From assembly GCA_902492185.1 (NCBI GenBank), contig CABUKY010000001.1, forward strand, positions 1 to 59,484: DNA of 59,484 nucleotides. Direction: 5' to 3'. Numbering within the stretch: position 1 is the first letter of the stretch; every line of letters begins with the position of its first letter. The notes under the pieces are model-generated. The model was not told where the DNA came from. It made no database searches and was given only the letters and a program-made list of their open reading frames with translations. Below, piece after piece: positions 39,603-48,885 of the stretch. The position numbers were made by a program, and so were the translations under genes. This stretch comes from an uncultured Collinsella sp. GTDB taxonomy: Bacteria; Actinomycetota; Coriobacteriia; Coriobacteriales; Coriobacteriaceae.

Positions 39603-40586
39603 ATGTCGCGCAAGTCCACCTACAAGCAAGTACTTTCCATCGGCACCGCCGTGGTGCTGGGGTTTGCGTTGTTTACGGGATCGCTCGACGGGGCGCCCAG
39701 ACTGCTCTCGCCGCAAAGCGATGAGCAGGCAGCGGCTCTGGCCGAAAAACAAAACGAGAGTCCCAGCCGCACCGACGACGAGGCAGACCTGGTTGCCCGA
39801 CTCGAATCGGGAACAGCGAGCTCCTCGGACTCCCAAAACAACCAAGACTCTGGCGATGGCTCTGAATCCGCCGCGTCCGGCACCGATGACAACGCCTCCG
39901 CGGACAGCGCCGCCACCCCCATCGACGAGGTCGAAAACCCCGACCTCGACCGCGCCCGCGGCGTATACCTCAGCAGCATTCCCGACTACGCGGGCAACCC
40001 TTATGTTGCCCTGCGCGCCGACAGCACGCACCCGCTCGGCATGCCATCATTCACGCTCGACGAATACGAGCGCGCTACAGAAGAGGGTTGCTTTAAGAAG
40101 TTCTCCAAGCTCGACAGCCTGGGCCGCGTCCGCAAAGCGCTTGCCTGCGTGGGCCCCGAATCACTCGGTCGAGGCGAGCGCGGCGATATCTCGCGTATCC
40201 ATCCCGCCGGATGGCACCAGCAACGCTACGACTTTATTCCAGGCCAGAGCCTCTACAACCGCTGCCACCTCATCGCCTGGTCGCTCTGCGGCGAAAACGC
40301 CAACCGCAAGAATCTCCTCACCGGCACGCGCTATCTTAACGAAACGGGCATGCTGCCGTTTGAGGAGCAGATTCTCGGCTATATCCGCGAGACAGGTAAC
40401 CACGCGCTCTACCGCGTCACGCCCATGTACAACGAGGAAGAACTTGTCTGCCGTGGCGTGCGCCTTGAGGCGCAATCGGTCGAGGACCACGGCAAGACCC
40501 TCTGCTTCCACGTATATTGCTATAACCTACAGCCGCACGTGCAGATCGACTACGCCACCGGCCGCAACCAGGCATCCGGAGACTAG
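39603..40586 (+). CDS. Secreted DNA/RNA non-specific endonuclease (streptodornase/EndA-like)
   Basis: Signal/TM, acidic linker, LDSLGR, YNRCHLI, NLLTGTRYLN, YRVTP. Confidence 0.85.
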   Translation: MSRKSTYKQVLSIGTAVVLGFALFTGSLDGAPRLLSPQSDEQAAALAEKQNESPSRTDDEADLVARLESGTASSSDSQNNQDSGDGSESAASGTDDNASADSAATPIDEVENPDLDRARGVYLSSIPDYAGNPYVALRADSTHPLGMPSFTLDEYERATEEGCFKKFSKLDSLGRVRKALACVGPESLGRGERGDISRIHPAGWHQQRYDFIPGQSLYNRCHLIAWSLCGENANRKNLLTGTRYLNETGMLPFEEQILGYIRETGNHALYRVTPMYNEEELVCRGVRLEAQSVEDHGKTLCFHVYCYNLQPHVQIDYATGRNQASGD

Positions 40587-40715
40587 TGCCGACCAAGCTG
40601 CCCCAAAACCTAACATGATCCGTTTTCCTCCGCCCCCTAGGGATCAAAAAGGGCCGCCCTGGATTGCCCAGAGTGGCCCCTGCATCGGCATGTATGTTGC
40701 AGGCAACGCCACACG

Positions 40716-42791
40716 CTACTTGGCGCGGCCCTCCTCATAGCGCTCGACCAGCTTGGCCTGAACGTCATAAGGCACCTGCTCATAGCCCGCAGGCTTCATG
40801 GTAAAGTCGCCCGTGCCGCGCGTAATAGAGCGCAGACGCGTCGAATAATCCGTCAGCTCGGCCAGCGGCGCCTGGGCGATGACCACGGTATCGCCGCGCT
40901 CATCGGTCTCCATGCCCGTCACGCGACCACGCGATGCCGAGATGTCGCCCATCACGGCGCCGGCGTAGCTCTCGGGGATAGTCACCGTAATTTCCTCAAT
41001 GGGCTCCAGCACCACCGGATCGGCATCGGCACATGCCTTGCGCAGACCGATGCGGGCCGCAGCGCGGAACGCCATCTCGTTGGAGTCGACGCTGTGATAC
41101 GAGCCATCGTACACAGCCACGCGAATGCCCGTGAGCGGATAGCCGGCGATAATGCCGTCCTTCATGGTCTCCTGAACGCCCTTGTCCACGGCGGGGATAA
41201 GCGAACGCGGAATGCGGCCGCCCACGACCTCGTCCACAAACTCATAGCCGTCGCTTGTGCCGTCGGGCCCAATGAGCGGCTCCACGCGCAGCCAGCAGTC
41301 GCCGTACTGACCGGCACCACCGGTCTGCTTCTTGTGGCGGCCCTGGGCGCTTGCCGTACGGCGAATGGTCTCGCGATACGGGATGCGGATCGGCACGCTC
41401 TTGGCCGCAACCTTGGTACGGTCCTCCAGACGGTTGAGCAGCACCGAAACCTGCGCCTCGCCTACTGCGGAAATGATGGTCTGACCTGTCTCCTCGTCGC
41501 GGTCGATGCTCATGGTCGGATCGGCCTTGCAGGCTTTCTCGATAAACGTGTAGAGCTTCTCTTCGTCGCCACGGTTCTCGGCCTCGATGGCGATGCGGTA
41601 TTGCGAGTTGGGGAACTTGAACGCCGCCGCCTCGACCTTGCCGGTAATGGAGAGCGTGTCGCCCGTCTCTGCCGCCAACTTGGGCGCCACGATAATGTCG
41701 CCAGCATAGGCGTGACCGACTTCGGTCATGTCGCGGCCGCACATCACATACAGGTGAGCCAGACGATCGCTCTTGCGAGTGCGCGCGTTGATCAGCTCAA
41801 GGCCCGGCTCAAGCGTGCCCGTCAGCACCTTGATAAAGCTGATGCGGCCCTGCTGCGGATCGGCCAGCGTCTTAAACACAAACGCCACCGGACGGTCATC
41901 GTCGCTCGAGATCTTGAGCGAATCGCCGTCGATAAGCGGCATCTCGCCGTAGTCGGTCGGCGCCGGGAAGTACGTAGCAATGTCGTCCATCAGCGAGTTG
42001 ACGCCCTGCTCCTTAATGCAATCGCCCGCAAAGACCGGCACAAAGATGCGCTCGGCGATCGCCTTCGACAGCAGGCCTTCAAGCTCCTCCTGCGTCAGCG
42101 TCTCCTCACCTTCCAGATACTTCATCATCAGCTCGTCGTCGGCCTCGGCCACCAGCTCGCACAGATGGTCGTGCGCCTCCTCGGCCTGAGCACGATACTC
42201 CTCGGGAATCTCCGACTCAACGGCCTCGGTGCCGTTGCAATGGCGCGCCTTCATGCGCACCAGGTCGATGATGCCGTCAAAGTCCTCGCCTTCGCCCCAA
42301 GGAAGGGTCACGGCGCCCAAGCGCGTGCCAAAGCGCTCCTGCAGCAGGTCCATGGTGGTCGTAAAGCTAGCCTCGGAACGCGACAGACGGTTCACGAACA
42401 CCGCACGCGCCAGACGCAGATCCTCCGCCGCATACCAAAGCTTGACGGTCGTAGGCTGCGGGCCGGCCTCGGCGTCAACCACAAACAGAGCCGTCTCGCA
42501 GACGCTCATCGCAGCAAAGGCGTCGCCGATAAAATCGGGGTAGCACGGGGCATCGAGCACGTTGATGCGGGCACCCTTCCAGTCAATCGGCGCGATGGTC
42601 GTCGAGATGGAGAACGAACGCTTGACCTCTTCAGGGTCATAGTCGAGCGTGGGCTTGGTGCCGTCGTGGCCGCCCAGGCGGGCGGTCTTGCCGGAAAGGT
42701 GGAGCATGGCCTCGGCGAGTGAAGTCTTGCCCACCCCGCCTTGGCCTACGAGCACCACGTTCCTTACATTGCCGGTCTTGGGAGCACCCAT
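40716..42791 (-). CDS. Elongation factor G-like paralog (EF-G2)
   Basis: GQGGVGKT, YRETI, KKQTGGAGQYG, DGSYHSVDS, LEPI; RBS AAGGAGG. Confidence 0.88.
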   Translation of the reverse strand: MGAPKTGNVRNVVLVGQGGVGKTSLAEAMLHLSGKTARLGGHDGTKPTLDYDPEEVKRSFSISTTIAPIDWKGARINVLDAPCYPDFIGDAFAAMSVCETALFVVDAEAGPQPTTVKLWYAAEDLRLARAVFVNRLSRSEASFTTTMDLLQERFGTRLGAVTLPWGEGEDFDGIIDLVRMKARHCNGTEAVESEIPEEYRAQAEEAHDHLCELVAEADDELMMKYLEGEETLTQEELEGLLSKAIAERIFVPVFAGDCIKEQGVNSLMDDIATYFPAPTDYGEMPLIDGDSLKISSDDDRPVAFVFKTLADPQQGRISFIKVLTGTLEPGLELINARTRKSDRLAHLYVMCGRDMTEVGHAYAGDIIVAPKLAAETGDTLSITGKVEAAAFKFPNSQYRIAIEAENRGDEEKLYTFIEKACKADPTMSIDRDEETGQTIISAVGEAQVSVLLNRLEDRTKVAAKSVPIRIPYRETIRRTASAQGRHKKQTGGAGQYGDCWLRVEPLIGPDGTSDGYEFVDEVVGGRIPRSLIPAVDKGVQETMKDGIIAGYPLTGIRVAVYDGSYHSVDSNEMAFRAAARIGLRKACADADPVVLEPIEEITVTIPESYAGAVMGDISASRGRVTGMETDERGDTVVIAQAPLAELTDYSTRLRSITRGTGDFTMKPAGYEQVPYDVQAKLVERYEEGRAK

Positions 42792-42826
42792 GATGACCTC
42801 CTTGCAGGGCCGCGCGCAACGCGCGA

Positions 42827-43026
42827 CGCCAACGGGGAGAGTTCGCGGTCGGTGCCGTCCCGGGAGCAGCATGGTCGGCAGCCGAGCCGACTCACCCTCC
42901 AAATGTCCTATGTCACCACCCTACCCTCACGGGCGGCTGTCCATGCATACCTTTCGGCACGCGTATGGATACGGGCGGCGAGAGGAAGGGGAACGTATGC
43001 GAGGCGATTATTGATCCCCGTTGACG
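42827..43026 (-). ncRNA. Candidate structured RNA / 5' leader upstream of EF-G2
   Basis: 12-bp closing stem, two GNRA-capped hairpins, and G-U pairs consistent only with the minus strand. Confidence 0.5.
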
Positions 43027-43031
43027 CAAGC

Positions 43032-43068
43032 AAAAAGCCGCCACAGACCGTAAGACCTGCGGCGGTTT
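43032..43068 (-). terminator. Intrinsic terminator of the amino-acid ABC operon
   Basis: AACCGCCGCAGG...CTGTGGCGGCTTTTT on the minus strand. Confidence 0.6.
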
Positions 43069-43101
43069 CGCCTCAATAAACAGTTGAGTAAATAGCTGAG
43101 C

Positions 43102-43866
43102 CTATCCCTCGATACGGCTCAGGAACTCGCGCGTACGCTGCTCGCGCGGATGGTCGATGACCTGCTCGGCCGGACCCTCCTCGACAATACGACCGCCGTC
43201 CATAAAGACCACGCGGTCGGCAACGTCGCGGGCAAACTGCATCGCGTGCGTCACGATCACCATCGTCATATTCTGCGCGGCCAGATCCTTGATGACGCGC
43301 AGAACCTCGGCCGTCAGCTCGGGATCGAGCGCCGAGGTCGGCTCATCAAAGAACAAGATTTCCGGGTCGAGCGCCAGGGCGCGGGCAATACTCACGCGCT
43401 GCTGCTGGCCGCCCGAAAGCTCACAGGGCACCTTGTTCTCGTTGCCCGTCAGCCCCATCTGTGCAATAAGCTCGTGTGCGCGGGCCTCCGCCTGCTCGCG
43501 CGGACGCTTAAGCACGCGAATCGGCGCATCGGTGATGTTTTTCATCACGGTATAGTGCGGGAACAGATTGTAGTTCTGAAACACCAGACCAAACCGCGAG
43601 CGCGCCTGTTTGGGTACATCGCCCTTTGCGTACACCGCGCCCGAACCCGCATCCGTCGCGACGGCAAGGTCGCCAAACGAGAGCGAGCCACCGTCGAGCG
43701 TCTCGAGCAGCGTGGCACAGCGCAGCAGCGTGGACTTACCGCCGCCCGAAGGCCCGATAATCGCCACGACCTCGCCACGCTTTACCTCGAGCGAGATATC
43801 CTTGAGCACCTCATTGCCGCCAAACGCCTTGCGTGCGTTCGATATATTCATTACCGAATTAATCAT
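43102..43866 (-). CDS. Polar amino-acid ABC transporter ATP-binding protein
   Basis: GPSGGGKS, LSGGQQQR, FDEPTSALDPE. Confidence 0.92.
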   Translation of the reverse strand: MINSVMNISNARKAFGGNEVLKDISLEVKRGEVVAIIGPSGGGKSTLLRCATLLETLDGGSLSFGDLAVATDAGSGAVYAKGDVPKQARSRFGLVFQNYNLFPHYTVMKNITDAPIRVLKRPREQAEARAHELIAQMGLTGNENKVPCELSGGQQQRVSIARALALDPEILFFDEPTSALDPELTAEVLRVIKDLAAQNMTMVIVTHAMQFARDVADRVVFMDGGRIVEEGPAEQVIDHPREQRTREFLSRIEG

Positions 43867-44512
43867 GGTAGTAATCCAATTTTTTCTCGGCAGCGCCCAG
43901 CAGCATCTCGACCACAAAGTTAAAGACCCAGTAGATCAGCGCCGCGATTGCGAACGGCACCATGCTCACCTGCGAGGCGACCAGCGCCTTGGCCGTCGAG
44001 AACATCTCGCCCACGCCGATAGCGAACGCCAGCGACGTGTCCTTGACCAGCGTGATGATCTCGTTGCCCATCGCCGGCAAAATGCGCTTGGCGACCTGCG
44101 GCATCACGATATACAGAAACGTCTGCATGCGCGAGTAGCCCAGCACCTCGGCTGCCTCGTATTGACCGCGCGGAATGGACTGCAAGCCCGAGCGATAGAT
44201 CTCGGCAAAGTAGCCGGCGTAGTTGATGATGAACGCCACGACGCATGCCGTCCATTTGGAATCGGGCGTGAGCGAGATGCCGAACACGTAGTACGGGGCA
44301 AAGTAGATGGCGAACATCTGTAGCATGAGCGGCGTGCCACGCATCACCGAAATATAGATACGCGCGATCCAGCGAAGCGGCGCAATTTTGCTCATGCGCA
44401 TGAACGCCACGGGGATTCCCAGCGGAATCGACCCCAGCAGCGTCAGCACAAACAACTGCAAACTGACCAAGAATCCCTGGCCGAGCATCTGCATCATGAC
44501 CTGAATAGACAA
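43859..44512 (-). CDS. Polar amino-acid ABC transporter permease
   Basis: RGTPL, AEIYRSG, GQYEAA, KDTSL; TTG start approximate. Confidence 0.9.
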   Translation of the reverse strand: MSIQVMMQMLGQGFLVSLQLFVLTLLGSIPLGIPVAFMRMSKIAPLRWIARIYISVMRGTPLMLQMFAIYFAPYYVFGISLTPDSKWTACVVAFIINYAGYFAEIYRSGLQSIPRGQYEAAEVLGYSRMQTFLYIVMPQVAKRILPAMGNEIITLVKDTSLAFAIGVGEMFSTAKALVASQVSMVPFAIAALIYWVFNFVVEMLLGAAEKKLDYYHD

Positions 44513-44662
44513 CCTAAGCTCTCTTTCGCGACAACAGAACAGCAAACCCAATGCTAAAGCGGGTTTTCCAGGTGCTCGAGTTTGTCGTGAAAGAGGAGCG
44601 CCGCGTACTAAATGTACGCAAGCGACGGTTTGAACGGCAAAATCGGGTGCCTGGGAAAGCCG

Positions 44663-45523
44663 CTATTTCAGAACCCAGTTGTCGAAGGAAAGACCGTAAT
44701 CTGCATATTTATCGCAGAGGTCCTTGACCGTGCCATCCTCGTAGAGTGCCTTGAGCGACTCGGTCACGGCATCGGCGGACTTGGTTTCGCCCTTCTTAAA
44801 GCCAACGGCGTAGTGCTCGCTGGACAGCGGCTTGTCGAGCTGCGTATAGGCATCGGGCTTGGCGGCAAGCTGATACTGGGCAATCGAAAGGTCGCAAGCC
44901 ACGGCATCGACCGCGCCGCTCTCGAGCTGCATAAAGGCCGTGTTGTACTCGCCGATCGTGTCGAGCGTGGCAAACGTCGCCGCCAGATCCTTCTGGTCAC
45001 CCTCGAGCACATCCTGCGCAGCGGAATCGGTCTGAGTGATCACGGTCTTGCCAGCAAGATCGTCCCAGCTCTTGATGCCCGCATCCTTCTTTACTACCAG
45101 CACCTGCTCGTTGAGCATGTACGGCTCGGAGAACGTGTAGTCGTCCTCGCGACCCTCCATGGTAAAGCCGTTCCAGATGCAGTTGATGGCACCCGAGTTG
45201 AGCAGCGTATCCTTGGCATCCCAGTCGATGGCCTCGTATTTGACCTCCCAGCCCTGCTTATCGGCAACAGCCTTGGCCAGATCGAGATCAAAGCCGGTGT
45301 ACTCGCCATCGTCGCCCACAAAGCCGTACGGAGGATAGGACTTATCAAAGCCCACCACGAGCTTCTTGGACTCCGCAGCGCCCTTCACATCCTTGGCCGC
45401 GGCAGAGCCATCAGCGGAGCCCTTGCCGGCACCACCGCCGCAACCGACAAGACCAAGGCCAAGCACCGTGGCAAGCGAGCCGGCTAGGCCAACAAACTGA
45501 CGACGAGACATATCGGTATTCAT
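44663..45523 (-). CDS. Polar amino-acid ABC substrate-binding lipoprotein
   Basis: SRRQF twin-arginine signal + LVGC lipobox; YPPYGF, GFDLDLA, WNG. Confidence 0.9.
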   Translation of the reverse strand: MNTDMSRRQFVGLAGSLATVLGLGLVGCGGGAGKGSADGSAAAKDVKGAAESKKLVVGFDKSYPPYGFVGDDGEYTGFDLDLAKAVADKQGWEVKYEAIDWDAKDTLLNSGAINCIWNGFTMEGREDDYTFSEPYMLNEQVLVVKKDAGIKSWDDLAGKTVITQTDSAAQDVLEGDQKDLAATFATLDTIGEYNTAFMQLESGAVDAVACDLSIAQYQLAAKPDAYTQLDKPLSSEHYAVGFKKGETKSADAVTESLKALYEDGTVKDLCDKYADYGLSFDNWVLK

Positions 45524-45645
45524 GGTATTCCCCCTTGATGGCACTTTAGTTAGGTAAAGTGAGTCATGTAACGTTCAGAATCATACACTTTAGTGAGATG
45601 GAGTACAAGGGAGGGCTTGCCCGCCGCGTGAGGGGTGTGGGGGTT

Positions 45646-46025
45646 AAGTTTCCTGCTCTACAGTCCTGCTCACGACGGAGGCCACATTAAGTGGCCTCCT
45701 GTTCGTGCGGAACTCGCGATAAACTTCATCAGTGCCCGCCCCACGGGAAACCTGCCAAAAAGGAACAGGTTTATTTTGGTCAGTTTTATCTGGGAAGATG
45801 CTGCTGCGGCTATCTACAGATCTGTAATCTGACTACTGAATAGACCGTCTAACTAAATAGCGAGCGGCATTGACCAGCCCTTTTGCTTGCGCCCGGGAGG
45901 GCCGTATATGAAGTTTATCGCGAGTTCCGCACGCAAAGGAAAGCACTTAATGTGCTTTCCGTCTTGCGCAGGACTGTAGAGCAGGAAACTTCATATGCGG
46001 CCCTCCCGGGCGCAAGCAAAAGGGC
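45646..46025. repeat. Two inverted ~85-bp structured elements (45646-45729, 45908-45994) flanking a GGGACAGG-type repeat (45751-45796); second element nested in a longer IR (45877-46025)
   Basis: Shared AAGTTTCCTGCTCTACAGTCCTGC...CACATTAAGTG...CGTGCGGAACTCGCGATAAACTTCAT. Confidence 0.88.
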
Positions 46026-46071
46026 GACCCCTGTCCGGAGTCGCCCTTGTTGAACTGCTTATGTTTAGCTG

Positions 46072-48318
46072 TTACTCGGCGTCGTGGTGACGGCGGGGCT
46101 TGCGGCCTCCGTTGTCGCCGGGACGGCGCGGACGGTCGCTGCGCTCGGAGCGCTCGCGACGCGGACGCTCACGGCGCTGGAAGTGCTCGCCGTCGCCCTC
46201 GGAGGCACCCTCGGCGCGAGCCGGGGCCTCGGGCTTGTCAAGACGATCGAGCGAGATCTTACCGCGATCGTCGACCTCGATGACGACGACCTTGACCTCG
46301 TCGCCGACGTTGAGGACGTCCTCGACCTTCTCCACGCGGCCCTTGGCGACGCGGGAGATGTGCAGCAGGCCATCCTTGCCGGGCAGCAGGTTCACGAAGG
46401 CGCCGAAGGGCTGGATGGAGACCACGCGACCGGTGTACTCCTCGCCCGGCTCGGGAACCTTGATGATGAGCTTGATACGCTCGACGGCCTGGTCGACGGA
46501 CTCGCCGGTACCGCCGACAAAGACGGTGCCGTCCTCCTGGATGTCGACCGAGGCGCCGGTCTCGTCCTGGATGCCGCGGATGACCTTACCGCCGGAACCG
46601 ATGACGTCGCGGATCTTATCGGTCGGGACCTGGATGGAGACGATACGCGGAGCGGTGCTGCGCGTGGTGTGACGCGGCTCGGGGATCACATCGAGCATCT
46701 TCTGCAGAATGAAGGCGCGACCCTCCTTGGCCTGCTGCAGGGCGCGGGCCAGGATGTCGAAGGTGAGGCCGGTGGCCTTGTTGTCCATCTGCAGGGCGGT
46801 GATGCCCTCGGTGGTGCCGGTGACCTTAAAGTCCATGTCGCCCAGGAAGTCCTCGAGACCCTGGATGTCGGACAGGACCACGGTCTTGCCCTCCTCCTGG
46901 ATCAGGCCCATGGCGATACCGGAGACCGGGCGCTTAATGGGCACGCCGCCGTCCATAAGGGCGAGCGTGGAGCCGCAGGTCGAAGCCATCGAAGAGGAGC
47001 CGTTGGACTCCATAACCTCGGAGACGACGCGGATGGCGTAGGGGAACTCGTTCTCGTCGGGAAGCACCGGAAGCAGGGCGCGCTCGGCCAGATTACCATG
47101 GCCGATCTCGCGGCGCTTGGGGCTACCCATGCGGCCGGTCTCGCCGGTGCAGAACGGCGGGAAGTTGTAGTGGTGCATGTAGCGCTTGCCCTCGGTGGGC
47201 TCGATGGTATCCAGACGCTGGCCCTCGTTGAGCATGCCGAGCGACAGGACGGAAAGCACCTGGGTCTGGCCACGCTGGAACAGACCGGAGCCGTGAACGA
47301 GCGGCAGGTAGTTGTCCTTCACCATGATGGGACGGATCTCGTCGGCAGCACGGCCGTCGACGCGCTCGCCGGTCTCGACGACCATGGTGTGCATGGCCTT
47401 CTTCTCGAGCTTTTTGAGCGCCACGGGGATCTCGCGCTCCCAAGCGGCCTGCTCCTCCTCGGTGAACTCGGCGCGGATGGACTCCTTCAGAGCCTCGACC
47501 TTACCGATACGGGAGAGCTTGTCGGCGTCGCGAAGGGCGGCTGCCATCTCGTCGTAGTGGGCGAAGATGCGCTCCTGGACCTCCTCGACGGGCTGGTCGA
47601 GCGGGTACTCCTTCTTGACGATGGCGCCGTTGACCTGCTCCCACTCGGCGACGAACTCGTCCTGAGCCTGGCAGAAGGCAGCAAGGGCCTCCTGGCCAAA
47701 CTTCATAGCGGCGAGCATGTCGTCCTCGGAGATCTCCTCGGCGCCGGCCTCGACCATCGAGATGAAGTCGGCAGAGCCGCCCAGCTCCAGGTCCAGATCG
47801 GAGTTCTCGCGCTCCTCATAGGTGGGGTTGACGATAAACTCGCCGGTCTCCACGTTGCGGCCGATGCGCACGCAGGCAAGCGGGCCCTCGAAGGGCACGC
47901 CGCCGAGCGTCATGGCCAAGGAGGCGCCCATGACGTTGATGACGTCGAAGGGGTTGACCTGGTCAGCGACGAGTGAGGTAGCGACGATGTGCACCTCGTT
48001 ACGGAAGCCGTCCGGGAAGCTCGGGCGGATCGGGCGGTCGATCATGCGCGCGGTGAGCGTGGCCTTCTCGCTGGGACGGCCCTCGCGCTTGAGGTAACCA
48101 CCCGGGATGCGGCCGGCGGCGTACATCTTCTCGTTGAAGTCGACGGTCAGCGGGAAGAAGTCGTAGTTCTTGCGCTCCTTGGAGACGACCACGGTGTCGA
48201 GCATCGTGGTGTCGCCCTGCTTGACCAGGCACGCGCCGGTGGCCTGCTTGGCAAGCTCGCCCGACTCAAAGGTGTAGGTCTTGCCGTACAGCTCAAAGGT
48301 CTTGGATACGAGTGTCAT
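46072..48318 (-). CDS. pnp: Polyribonucleotide nucleotidyltransferase
   Basis: RMIDRPIRP, RREIGHG, SNGSSSMAS, GDMDFK, KH and S1 domains. Confidence 0.97.
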   Translation of the reverse strand: MTLVSKTFELYGKTYTFESGELAKQATGACLVKQGDTTMLDTVVVSKERKNYDFFPLTVDFNEKMYAAGRIPGGYLKREGRPSEKATLTARMIDRPIRPSFPDGFRNEVHIVATSLVADQVNPFDVINVMGASLAMTLGGVPFEGPLACVRIGRNVETGEFIVNPTYEERENSDLDLELGGSADFISMVEAGAEEISEDDMLAAMKFGQEALAAFCQAQDEFVAEWEQVNGAIVKKEYPLDQPVEEVQERIFAHYDEMAAALRDADKLSRIGKVEALKESIRAEFTEEEQAAWEREIPVALKKLEKKAMHTMVVETGERVDGRAADEIRPIMVKDNYLPLVHGSGLFQRGQTQVLSVLSLGMLNEGQRLDTIEPTEGKRYMHHYNFPPFCTGETGRMGSPKRREIGHGNLAERALLPVLPDENEFPYAIRVVSEVMESNGSSSMASTCGSTLALMDGGVPIKRPVSGIAMGLIQEEGKTVVLSDIQGLEDFLGDMDFKVTGTTEGITALQMDNKATGLTFDILARALQQAKEGRAFILQKMLDVIPEPRHTTRSTAPRIVSIQVPTDKIRDVIGSGGKVIRGIQDETGASVDIQEDGTVFVGGTGESVDQAVERIKLIIKVPEPGEEYTGRVVSIQPFGAFVNLLPGKDGLLHISRVAKGRVEKVEDVLNVGDEVKVVVIEVDDRGKISLDRLDKPEAPARAEGASEGDGEHFQRRERPRRERSERSDRPRRPGDNGGRKPRRHHDAE

Positions 48319-48468
48319 TGTTCTCCTTTACCCCGCAGACCCCTTGCCTGCGGGCTTCTCATGTGACGCGAGCCCCCTGCCCCCGCCACGCTTCAGAGCG
48401 TGATTGTTCACGCCCTTACACAAAAAGAGCGCCCCGCTGCGCAGGACGCTCTTAGCATGTACAAATCC

Positions 48469-48747
48469 TTACTGGATGTTGTCGCGGATGCCCAGAGCCT
48501 TGATGAGCTCACGGTACTCGACGATGTCGTTCTTCTTGATGTAGGAGAGAAGACGACGACGACGGCCGACGAGCATGAGCAGACCACGACGGGTGTGGAA
48601 GTCCTTCTGGTGGGACTTCATGTGCTCGGTCAGCTCCTTGATGCGCTCGGTCAAGATGGCGACCTGAACCTTGGGGTTGCCGGTGTCGACCGGGGTGTTA
48701 CCGAACTGGGCAGTCAGCTCCGCCTTGCGCTCTTTGGAAACAGTCAT
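48469..48747 (-). CDS. rpsO: 30S ribosomal protein S15
   Basis: DTG..VQVAILT, H.KD.H.RRGL. Confidence 0.97.
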   Translation of the reverse strand: MTVSKERKAELTAQFGNTPVDTGNPKVQVAILTERIKELTEHMKSHQKDFHTRRGLLMLVGRRRRLLSYIKKNDIVEYRELIKALGIRDNIQ

Positions 48748-48885
48748 TGTTTCACCTTTCGTTTTACGTCGCCCGCGGGCGACTCGATTCGCCTCGGACT
48801 GGGAAGCCGCCGGTGGAGCGAGCATCCAAGGTCGAGGTACCAACAGGTCGGTATGTTACCACAAGCAGCCCGCGCCTGCGCATCA

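Noticed and set aside
42827..43026. 6S RNA, SRP RNA or lysine riboswitch identity
   Set aside because: Not rod-like, and lacks the SRP domain IV and lysine riboswitch consensus motifs by eye
48748..48850. S15 autoregulatory leader
   Set aside because: Plausible by position, but I could not verify a specific fold or consensus from sequence alone
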